DNA from: a virus
Direction: 5' to 3' (one strand)
Virus record (IMG/VR): IMGVR_UViG_3300013099_000021
Location: 6,817 to 70,816 of that record
Length of the DNA: 64,000 nt
Of this stretch, positions 16,832 through 29,100 are shown piece by piece. How positions within the stretch are numbered: position 1 is the first letter of the stretch; each line of letters opens with the position of its first letter. The notes beneath the pieces were generated by a model that had not been told where the DNA came from, ran no database searches, and saw only the letters and a program-made list of their open reading frames with translations. Both the position numbers and the translations under genes were made by a program.

Positions 16832-17098
16832 TTAGTTTCTTATCGAGTTAATAATGGCAGCGACTATTCCGGCTATGTTGATTGCCCCGAATATGGTAAC
16901 CCCCCAAGTCACAATTTTATTTTGCTTTTTTTTTATGTCCTTGATACATCCGGTGTTCTTATGCACCTCATCTACCAACCCTCCGTCAGAAGGATCATAA
17001 TTAGGACCACGTAAGCAATTATCCATCTCCATAAGTAGTACCCCCTGCTCCTTTTGAGCAGAAAGGATCTCTGCGATCATCTCTTTTTGTGTTGGCAT
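16832..17098 (-). CDS. small membrane-anchored protein (lysis cassette)
   Basis: coiled coil plus C-terminal TM helix. Confidence 0.55.
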   Translation of the reverse strand: MPTQKEMIAEILSAQKEQGVLLMEMDNCLRGPNYDPSDGGLVDEVHKNTGCIKDIKKKQNKIVTWGVTIFGAINIAGIVAAIINSIRN

Positions 17099-17119
17099 AA
17101 TATTTAAAGTTTACACCGA

Positions 17120-20100
17120 TTAATTACTGGACTTCTTTGCGTCCTTAATATCTTTATTCCCAGACGCCTCCTTGAAAAAGTCCCTTGGCTTCCCTGTCTC
17201 TTCCACTGGAGCGTCCAATGCTTTTCTTATTTCGTGTGCCGTTTTCAAAAGTATTGCTCCCTGCTCTGCCTTTAGATCATAGTCGGACTGTACACCCTCA
17301 CTAAAATAGCCATCCAGGGCAATCCTGAAAGCTACATAATGACCCTCTGCCTTCAGGTGTGGGAATTTATTGTACAAAGTCATAAGATGCTGAACGTGCT
17401 TGGACCCGTAGATCTGAGGATCCTTGTAGATACCCAAATCATCCCACTGCAAAGCTACACTTCTGTTTGGATCATCCAGGATAGGGAGATACTCAAACGC
17501 TCCTATCGGATACTCAGCATAGGTAGAGAACTGTGAAAATAGGAAGTAATCCAACATTCTTGGATCGATGAAGGGATTGTCCTCCTGGTTCCAGGTGATA
17601 GCATCGGACCCCTCCATTAACAGCCTGGAAAACTTACTCGCATTGTGCGTTTCCCGGGATGCGATAGCCAGGTCTTTTTCCGATGGAGGAATAATATGCT
17701 TCTGCCTGAACATATCATAGTTGGCCACCACTCCTATCCCTCCGGAGAACCCACTGGTAATCCCACTTATACTGTAAGGATTCATGCTTGATATGAATGA
17801 GAACCACCACCCATCACTGAAAGCATCCTTATCATTATATAGAGCCATATCCATGCCCCGTTGAGCAACAGATCCTATTCTGCCCAGTTCAAACGGCTTA
17901 GGTATAATAATCCACCCACGGCCAAAAGGATTGGGGAACCGGTAGAACCCATCTCTCAGGTAGTTTGGATGGCTCAGATATTCCTCCCTCTCATCATCCG
18001 TGATATATCCAAGTGACATATACAGACTGTTGAGGATCGATGGTAGCATACTAAATGCAGCTAAGTGAACTGCGAATCGTGCTGGATTCTTCCTCGCTGT
18101 CCTGGCAATCTTTTCCATGCCCCTCACTGCTGCGCTGGTGAAGATCAACACCTTGTTTATCTCCTTGGCTACCGTCCCGGCTGCTGCAAAATCCATCAGA
18201 TCTCTGGCTTGATATGCCGCCCGGACTGCTGCTTCCTGGTGAGTTAATCCATACTTCTTTATACCCTCATTGTATGATGCCATGTATTGAATCCTACGGG
18301 TAGGGCGCTCACTCATGTTAAACTGTCTGTTAACAAACTGAAACCCTTTCCCAACCATGTTATACTTGGTGTTGGGATTCCCTTTCTTCTTGGCTTTCAT
18401 CATATATTGATGATGTGGCAGCTTACTCTCCTTTCTTTGAGATCCAATGATCTTTTTTCTCGGCACAAAACCAAACTGTCCACCACCATACCTCTCAAAG
18501 GCATCGTCAGCCTTTTTGTTTGGTAATATATACCATGGTCGTGCATACCTTTTAGCCGTCCCTACCACTAAGAATTGCCCAAGGTCACGTATCATGTTCC
18601 TGTTGACAAACCTGATGGATTTGGTAATAGCCCTCCGGAGTAGCTGCGGAAAGAAAGAGGCAATCTTCATTCCCAAGCTGTCACTGACAGGCAACAGGTC
18701 TTTCCATGTCTCATAAAGGTACTTATCACCGAACACCAGGTATTTTTTCTTGCCTTTCTCATAAAAGGATATGTTATATCCACTTGGTTCTTTGTAATCC
18801 TGAACCCATGCGATCTCGCCATGCTTAACCACATCCCCTTCGTGCATATTCCTACCCACAGCGCCCCTTTTAAACATATCAGCAAAAGTTTGCACTGAAT
18901 AGTTCATGTCACCAACATCAACCAGGTTCATCCACGACTTTATCATGCTGGACACTGGGTTGTCTATTGGCCTGTCACTACCTTTGAATGGGAATACAAC
19001 TTCTCTCGGCTGCAGCCCTGTTCCTGTTGGCCTCTGCTGTTCTTCAAATTCAAGATCCTTGCCCTCAACCATATCTTTTGGCTCAATAGCCTGCAGACGG
19101 TTCATGGCAACATAGTCCAGGTTCTCGTTCTGAATCTGATCTTTGGTTTCTTTGGATATAAGACCTGCCTGATAAGCGTATTCGGACCATTGCTTGCTGA
19201 TCTCTCTGTATCTCCTCCAAAACTCCTTGATACCATCATAAAGCTCTGGGTCAGTGATCTTCATCGCCTCAAATTCCTTTACGGCTGCAACGGCCACATC
19301 GTAATCCCTCTGTCCAGACTGTGCAACACCAGTGGAAACAACGTCTGTAAAGTCATAACGACCTGGCGCTACTATTTCACCTTTCTTGTTATAGGTTGGT
19401 TCGTTGCTGATCCATACATCGTCAGGATCCAAGACACCCTCATCCATCCTTGTTATGATGTCATTGATCTTCCCGGCCCACATCTCAATGATATGAGGGT
19501 GTTTAGCCAGTATCTTCAAAGGTGGCAGTCTGTCTGTTGTAGTTTCCAAATCATGTCTGAGAAGCCTTGCCTGGTACTTCTTTGGTAATTCAACAGCTCT
19601 CTCCGAAATACCAACCGCCATAGTTATATCTGTATTCTTTTCCCATTGAGCATTACTTGTTCCTGGAATAGCTTCATACATCCAGTCGAAAGTCATAGCC
19701 TGTCCGGTTTTTGGATCAAGTACCCTGCTTTGATCAAAATCCATAACACCTTTGTCCATTAGGTTCTGAAGTTTCACATCGAGTCCCAGGTGGTTCCTGA
19801 CAACGATCTCGAAGTTCTGTAATGGGCTTAGTTGGTTAGGATCGTCAATGTCCGTAATCCCTTGCTGCTTTGCAGCGTATTTGAAAGCCTCAACAAGTGG
19901 ATCTATGAAATACCATATCCTCCTACCCATCTTATCAAAGATGGTTGTTTGGAACTGGCCCTCCTTATTCTCCCTGTTCCAGGCTATACCCTTCCTTCCT
20001 ACCTTGGGATCCAGACGAGCATTGGTGAGTGTCTGGTCAAGTGCAGAGGATCCGTATAACGTCCTGACATCTTCACTGAATTGTTCCAATCCTTCCCAAA

Positions 20101-23100
20101 CCTTTGTGTGAGGCTGCATCTGAGATCTGAACCATTCATAGGTTGTTGGAAATCGGCTCTCCGCTTCTGATGGGTTCACTACCCAGGCCCGGATAAACTC
20201 AGCCATACCCTCAGCCATCCTGTACCTTTCCGGATTCTTATGTCCCCGGGGAGGCTTGCTGCCATACTCCCACAGCTTTGATAACTCCGCTTTCAACTCA
20301 TTGTATATAGGATACGCTTTTGGACCCAGTAACCCGTACTTGTCATCTAAGTAGTGACCTATCTCATGCGCTGCGACATCCTCATCACCAAAATGCTTTA
20401 TACCCAACTTACCAATGGTGGGATCATAGGATCCTACAGCTCTCCTTGCTGATGGCCTGCGAGTGTATTGGATCTTTTTACCAAGAGCTTTGGATATATC
20501 ATCCTGGATCTCCCATAGCTTCTTCGGGGAAAAGCCTGGCTTGGGTGGTTTTGGGCTTGGAACAACCCTGTCTTTGTGGGGCGTATAAATCATGCCCTTC
20601 GTGTCATTATGGGGGTTCGATAACCCTCCCCTGTCTATTGGACCGGTTGATTCTCCTGCTCCATATTCATCCATGGTAGAGGCAGCATCGGTTTGATCAT
20701 TCCCTTTCTGGACCTGCTTATGGTCAACCTCCAACATGGTCTTAAATCGCTCATTAAGGACAGTTAGCAGTGGTTGTAGGCTCTCCTCTGGGAACCTGGC
20801 CACCATCCTGTCGTTGATCTGCTCGAACATACCATTTCTGACAATAGACTTTATGACCTCATTGGAGTAATACTTAGAACCCCTCTGTGTTGAGGCTGGT
20901 ACTTTCAGTTCGTACATCTGCGGGGAGTCGTAATCCATCTTTTTGATTATGATGTCCCTTGAAACATCCTCCACAAAGGTTTTTGGTGCTAGTGCCTTGA
21001 TGATGTTTGCAGCTTTATGGATCGGCATCCTGGCTGTATTGCTTGTCTCATTGATCCAGTTCTCAGGCATGAGGATCCCTTTCACTATACTGCCATCCTC
21101 CATGGAAAACTTTACCAGCCGGCCTTTTTTATACTTGTTCATGCCCTGCAAAATATTTCCGGTAACAAGATACCTGGTTTCCCTGGTCCTGCTTTTCTTG
21201 ATGTTATCCCAGTCCTCCATGATCTCATTGGACTGAGCATTGGAAATGTGATAGCTGTTCCCAATGATTGCGTCCAGGTGATTGTACTTGCTGACGGGGA
21301 TCCGGAACATCTTCCGGCTATCTGTGGTAGCAAACTTTAACATCACATTACTGGGCACCCAGGGATTAGCTTTATTCATGTTCACATCGAAGGAAACAAA
21401 CACTCCTTTGTTCATGCGGACAAGGCCCAGTTGCTCATCATCGGTGAACGGAACCTCTAATCCTTTCCCGGGTTCGAAGAAATCAAAATACTTATTAAAC
21501 TTGGCTTTGTTCAACTGGGACACGACTCTGAGGTTATTGATGCGATCACTCTCCCTCTCATCTATCTCGTTCTTTTTTAGCTCATACTCACGAACCTTAT
21601 CTTCCGGTGACAAGCCGTCTTTATCTTCGATCTTCTGCCTCCACAACGCTCTCGCCTCTTCTGAGCTGCGCTGTACATTTCGTATCTGAGTGTCAAGCTG
21701 AGACTCTATGCCCTTCTCCATGGCGGCCCTTAAATCCTCCACATGGTTGTCGGGAACTTTTTCAAGCTGTTCTTCCAGTTGCGCTTTGGTAAACGGCTTC
21801 CTGGTAACATTCACCTCAGCCTCATTCAATACGGTATCGTCACCAAAGTATGAATACCCTCCATTCCCCTCGATCTCAACGGTGCTTTTCTTGAATACTG
21901 CGTCAAGCTCCTCATTGGTAACCATCAGGTCATTGGTGCCTGTGCTGTTCCGATATTCAATATCGTTCCTGTACCGTTCAGCAACCTCACGATAAAATTC
22001 CTCCTGCATCCTGGATGGAAGGATCTGTATCTTACCTGTAACCCTATGGGCTGCGTTCTGCTTATTGGGATCCTTGCCCCCAATGTTTAAAGGATCACCA
22101 ATTCGCCTGTTAATGTCTGGGTTCTCCTTCAGGTACTCAAACACCACATCATCACCATACTTGTTAAGGAAGTCATCAACATCAGCAAGGCTTTTGCTAT
22201 GCTTTTGGTTCCCAGAGGTGTTGGCATCAAGTGATTTCAGCTTCTTAGCGTTCATCATAAACATTCGTGACTCAGCCGGGAGTGTTGAGGTGACCATGTT
22301 ATATATTGGCTTATTCAACTGGTCTGCCCGATAGATCCTACCAAACAACTGGACCACTACATTTATATCCAAGTCATTTTGCAAGGTCCACATAGTCCTT
22401 TGGCTGACATCAAGGAAGTCTGGCGATGAGTGCATCGATATACCCGTTGATCCCGCCCTATTCACAATGGCTGCTACACCCGGGTTGTTGTTAAATCTGG
22501 CTACCGCCTTGATCTTATCACCCCTGTCATTGGTTACAAATTCCCCCCTGCTTCCATCTTCGTTAAGTTTGAACATAGTGTGGCGGCCTGTGATCTCAAC
22601 AGCCTCGAATCCTGCATCAGTAATCCCTTTTCGTAATATGTCGATAGGGGAGATGGGGATCCCAGTGGTCATCCGTTGGATCTTCTCCATCATACTGTAA
22701 TACCTGGACCTTCCGGTTGCCGTTAGATCCTCGGGGTTCAGGTCTGCCTTAACATCATTACCCTGGGCATCCGTTTCCGTGTACTTCATCACGGTTTCCA
22801 TCCCACGTTTGAGGACATGGGAGAAGTCCAATGGGATAGTTTCCCCCTTCTTCAGTTCTAAGTTCTCTACCATTTTCTGAAACATAGCCTCCATGGTACT
22901 CTTCAGGGCTATGACAGGCTTGCGTCCTGCTTTCAGATCCTCAACGATAAGAGGCACTGCCTCCTTAACCTTGATGGATAGTAATAGCTGGTCAATAATA
23001 TTCCAAACACGGCTGAAGTATGGTGCGTTATTTACCCCTGCCTGAGAGGTGCCTTTCCTCATCCCAACTTGTTTGCCCTCACGCTTAATATCCTCGTTCA

Positions 23101-26100
23101 TTCCTTCCAGGACCGGATTGATAAAATCCCTCTGAAAGTCCACGATCTCTTGTAAGACCCCGGTAATGTTATCGAAGTCCTCAACCATCCTCTTCCCCAG
23201 CTCGGGGTTATAGGTTCTTTGTGAAGGATCTGTATCACCGATCACAACATAATTCATTTCGGCATCCATCTTGAACCCGATCTTGGCGAACTGTCCTGAC
23301 TCAGCTAATTGATGTGTTATGATTTCCTGCAGGGCAGGTCCTCCCGCCAGGATCCCATCAATCATTTCCTCCATGGTCATGTTTGCTTCCTGCAATACAG
23401 TTTTCATAGAGTAGAGCGGCATATTGTCTGGGCGCTTGGCGTAAGTGGCCGAAAGGAATAATCCTCCCTGGGTTCCCAATAACCAATCCTTAAAGAAATC
23501 ACCAGTATTGCTCATGCCACTAGCCTCATGGCTCTCATCCATAACGAATACCACATCGTTATCACGGATCAGTTTATTCAGGAATGATCTCTTCTCTGAA
23601 TCCCGGCCCTCGGTGGTGAACTGAGAATAGGTAGTCATTATCATCTGAGTTCCCTCTGGTAGCTTATGTGTACCTGGTCTTTTCTCAGTTCCAATAATCC
23701 TATTGTTCTCCTGTGGATCCACCTCCCACTTCACATTCCCATCCTTATCAAAGACCCTCGCTTTCTGTCCTGAACTTGCAAACTGCTTGTTCATTATGAA
23801 GGGTTTGTAGTTTGGGGATCCAATATTCACCATGTCCCTGTAAATATCAGTGAACAGGTCAGCGCCTTTGGTAATGAATATGGGTAGCTTGCCGTTTTCA
23901 ATGGCATACCGGATCACTCCTGCAGCTATACGGCCTTTCCCTGTGCCGGTCTGGTGCCCAATGATCATGGCGTTCTTACCCTCAATATTATAGATAGCCT
24001 GACCAATACCATCAACCTGTTCAGCAAACATACCGGTGCCCTTCATCTCATCCAGGCTATTATAATTCAGCTTTTCACGAACATATTCATCGATGTCACC
24101 TATCTCATCACTCAACTGCATTAAGGCATCTTGCATCTCGGATGCTATGGAAGCAGGAACAATAAAGTTCCCGGATCCCAAATCGCTTAATGGTCTGTGA
24201 GATGTTACATCATCAGCACTAATATCACTTATGCCAAGCTCTCGCTTAGTACGCTGATCAGGCTTTCCAATGTTGTTTGTTGGTAGATCGAGCGCACTTC
24301 TTGTTGGCCGAATTTCTCCAAACCGTCCGACCTCTCCCCTTCGTCCCGTCTGATCAGTTCCCCCATCTGATTTATGTATTGTGGACTTGACATTATCTGT
24401 TCCGCTTGCCCTTGTACGTCCGGCTCCGGGATCAGGTCGAGAAGTGAATGGATTAGTGACTCTCTCGTTGTCGGCTGCTCCTTGTTCAGCAGGGAGATCA
24501 GTTTCTTCGGAAACCGTAGGGTCAACTCCTGAACGCTCTGTGGCTGGATTTTGGTCGGTAGCTCTACCGCCCACAAGCGAATCAGTTCCTCGCATGGCAT
24601 CCACTTTTCGTTGTAGGCTATTGTTTTCATTGGCTTTAGTTTTTAATACGGTAATACGTTCACGAACATCGGTCCAGTTCTCCACTGGATTAAAGGCTTC
24701 TGATTGTAATGGAGCTGCACCTTTCTTCTCAGTCTTTCTTCCGTTGACCAGGATAACTTTAACAGGATAGCTTGCGCCCATGGTCTTGTACAGATCCCCT
24801 GGGAGTTGAATCACATCCTCAACATAGTAGTTCTTGTATAACCAGTTGAAAAACTGAAGATCGTTTTTATCGCCAGGCTTTCCGCTTCCTACCATCTGGC
24901 CGTTCGCTTTCCACTTAATATGGCCTCCGGTAATGATGGCTGCTTTTCCTGTGTTGCTCAGTGACTTTAAAGCATGGGCAACCGGCACATATTCACCATG
25001 TAGCCAGTATCCTTCAAAATCTTCAGTGGTCCCGCCAAAAGGAGGATTGATATGTACTGCATCTACGGTCTGGACATCTAATTGGTCCTGTATTCCATGA
25101 GTGCTGTCCTTGTTAAATACCCTATACCCTTGTTCGATAAGGTTTTGATACCTACCCTCATCGATCTCATTGGCCCGGACACCCCTACGGTCTGCACTGA
25201 TCAACAATGCCCCGTTCCCTGCACTGGGATCCATGACATTATCGACACTTTTGGCATTGGTGTACTCTCCCATCAGGAAAGCCAGTGGCACAGGTGTGCT
25301 GTACTGTTGCTTCTCCTTAATGGCACTGGTCCGGTATGATAAGGTTGGAAATGTAGAGTACAATCCCTGGATCCTTGAAAACTGATCAGCTTCATTTATG
25401 GTGTTGTCCATAGCTATGCTACGGGCAACTTCCACCATGGCCAGCTCTGCCCTCTCACGGATGGCAGTCTTGTTGGTGACACCCCACTTGGCAGCTATCT
25501 TGATTAATTCTCTGAAATCAGCAATAGGCTCACCTTTCCAAATACGGTTCTTCACCTCCCAGGTAAATGCTCTCTGACGGATAAGTTTATGCTTTGCCTC
25601 TGTCTCGCCAAGGGACCTGGTGAAAAAAGCTATTGAATCGTCAACCTTTTTCTGTGAAGAATCCTGGTGACCTTTATCCAAGGCCCGGGCATGGGATCCT
25701 ATCCCGTACATAGCCATGATTGGAGATGATGGATAGAACTGGTCAGCCAAATACTTTATTTCCTGTATCCCTTTTCCTGTAAATCCTAACTGAGCAAGTA
25801 TCTTGTGGTGTTCATTGGTCAGTTTAACAAGCCGGTTCAGATCCTCTTTCCTTGCGTTTTTCAATACATAAGGGGTGAGGGGATCCCCACGCTTAACATT
25901 ACTCTCCAGAAGGTCCATTACATTTTCCAGTGTATAGTCCTCCTCAACGGGGATCGGAGCGAATATAATCTTCCCGGTTTGAATATCATCTTGCCGCTTT
26001 TCAAACTCGGCCACCCTTCGCTTGCTTGCGAGATCCTGCTCCCATGCCAACTCAGAACCATCATAAGTTCTTGGCTCCCTATACATCTTCTTTTCAAGCT

Positions 26101-29100
26101 GCTCGGCTTTGGCCATGTCACCTATAGACTTGTAGATGTCAATGATCTTGGTCAGCTCGGTCCTATATTCTTTGTTGTCGAACGGCTCAACCTCAGTGGC
26201 TTTCCCTTTTGCAATCAAATCCCTGAACTTGTCAACGATGACAGCTTTCTTGCTCTCTCCTTTGATTGATACAGGATCCTCTATGATGGCTACGGTCAGC
26301 TTCTCAAACTCTGCAGGAGCTTCACCAAACAATCCTCCCAGATCTTTCACCCTCTGATCCCTGGGGTCCGTCCAATCCTCAACCCGGACTACCTTAACCT
26401 CCTTATTCAATTCAGGAATAAAGAACACCTTACCCACAAGATCTGAATACTCCGACTGTGTAGGGATGGTTGTCTGTCCTGCAGCTTCGTTCCCGGCAGT
26501 AGACTTTGACTGTTCAAGGTTATTAATCTCTCTGTTAATGGCTTCGATCTGAGCATCAAATGGCTGCAACGCTTTCTTGATATTCTCGTCTGATGGATCA
26601 AATGTTTCATCAAACATACCTGGTGCGCCAGTCTCTACTTTGGTGTCACCGAACAGCCCTTTGCGACCAGTAAGTTCGGAATACTTCTTCTGCTTCTGCT
26701 TCTGGATGGTTTGGATCTGATTACGCTTATCCGTGATCTGCGCATCGATTTCGTTGATTACCCTTTCTCTTTCCCTTTTATTTTCTCCGGGTTTTGTGAC
26801 CTTAGCTTCGCCAGTGTCAAGGCGTTCTTCACCAGGCTCGGTGACGGCTGCTTCTTCTGTTTGCTTGATTTCATCTTCGATATTTTTTAGGTAACGACTT
26901 TTTTCCTCCTCCGTCATAAGACCCATCTTAATGGCCTCATCGACATTTTCAGGACTCAGCTCACCAAACTGGTTGGTGAACTCGTCCAGTTTAGCGTCAG
27001 CAATAAGGTTGTCTATTTCCTCAACTGAAACGCTGGTAGCAGGGTGCCTCTTTGTCTTTTTTATTTCGATAGCCCCAACTGCCAATGAATTTTCCAGTGC
27101 ATCAAGTAGCTTATTCGCTGCAACGGTTTTCTTTCCTTCCTCAATATTTTTGATGCCCGAAGCGATTTGACTGGCCTTTAAGTCCACATCATAATCCATT
27201 AAAAATCCGGGATACGTGATGACCTTATTCACAAAATCAATAAACCCCTGATCCTCATATTCGTTGAGTGCAAGGTGCGCATCGATCTCTTCCTTGGGAG
27301 TGCGCATCTCCGTTTGTTTGATCTTCTTGCCATTCTCATCCTTAACAACCATCTGCCCATCTACCATGCCGACAATGTATCCAAGATCCGCAACAGCCCT
27401 GCTTATCTGTTGCATCAGGTCCCCCTTAATCTGAGTGTGAGTGGCTGGCGTTTTGTTCCATTGGGCAACTCGAATTACCAGTGTGTCATGTTTCCTTTCC
27501 CTGGCTTTGGGATCCTCTACTGGTGGAGGTGCTGGTGGTTCTACCGGCTCCTCTGTTGGTGGGGTGGGTTCTTCAAATACTTCCCCGGCCAGGACATTTG
27601 TAATATGATCCTCAATGGAGATGCCTTTATCCATTTCTCCTTTCTGAACAGTAGAAATATCCTGCCACACATACCACATAGCTTTGTCAAACTCCTCATC
27701 GGTGATGGTGGGTGCAAGCTCACGGATCTTCTTCTCAATCGTGGGTTGGATCTTCTGTGCAAATTCGTTTACCTCGTCCTGCCACTGATCAACTGCTGCC
27801 TGCTCATCCTTCTCAATCTTCGCAATCTGATCTTCCAATTTCTTACGATCTTTCTTCTGGTCCAGGCTCAACCTACCCTTAAATTCTTTTTTGAGGCGTT
27901 CTTCGAGATCTGCTTTATCCTTGGTGATCTCCTCCACCTCTGCGGCAACGGCATCCTCCAAGACAACGAACCTCTTATTAACATCGCCCAACTTACCAGA
28001 TAGGATCAAAGCTGGATCCCCAAGGCCCTGGATGGGTTCACCCGTAGGTTCTTCCTCCACAACCTTCTCCACAACAACTGCCCCTGCCGTACCAGGTGGC
28101 TCCTCTGGTGGCTTCTTATCATCCCTGATCTTTCGTGCAAGCTCCATGGCTTTGTACACATTAAGGTCAAGATCCGGCTGTGGTAATCGTTCGATGGGGT
28201 GGATAGACAGGGCCTCTGCCAATTCCTCAATGGAGGCGTAGTCCTGTCCTCCATATCTGATCATGCCTTCCTTCACTGGTGGCATGGCTTTTCTTTCCTC
28301 AATAGCTGTTAAGGATTCCTCTTTTATTGCCTCGGCTTCAGCCCTTAATATTGCATAATCTTCTGGGGTGTTGATTTTATGCCGGCCCGCTCCAAATAAG
28401 CCTATTGAATTATCAACGGTAAGATGATCTTCGGCATTTTTGACGCTGCCAGTTAGACCCTCTTTCTCCATTTTGTCAATAGCTTTAACGACACGATCAG
28501 CCACCTCCGTTCTTTCCTGAAGCTGATATTGGTCCATGAAGGGAGTTTCAACAAACCTCTCAGGTCTTTTCTCAACTACTTCTGGCTTTGGTGGTACTCC
28601 TTCATCAGGCTTTCCCTCGACTCCTTCGGTAATTGTGCTAACTTTAATCTTGTCTGTAAGTTCAACCTCTTCGGTGACGAACTCTCCTTTTTCGGCTTGC
28701 TCATTGATCCTATTATTTAGCTGTGTGATCTCAAATTCCAAGACAGACATCATCTCATCGATCTGCTCCGTAGTCTGCTTACGCTTGGGATCGGACTTCA
28801 GTGCTGCCAGCTTCTTATATTCTCCATAAAGGTTGTCGGCTGCCATCTTCAGCCGGTCATTCATTACAGGCTCTCCCCTGTCAATAGCATCAAGGGTTTC
28901 ATCGGTTGCGTCCTCAATGGTAATCCCAGGTGTATCTGGAATATTGTACTTCTCCTGCTCCTCCTTAATCCGCTTGTCATCAAAGAATTTCCGTTCAGAC
29001 TTCACCTTCTCCACATACTCAGGATCCAGTTTAAGACCGGCTGCTGTTCGTTTTGGTGGTTTTGGTGGTTCCGTTGGTGTGGGTGGTTCCGTTGGTGGTC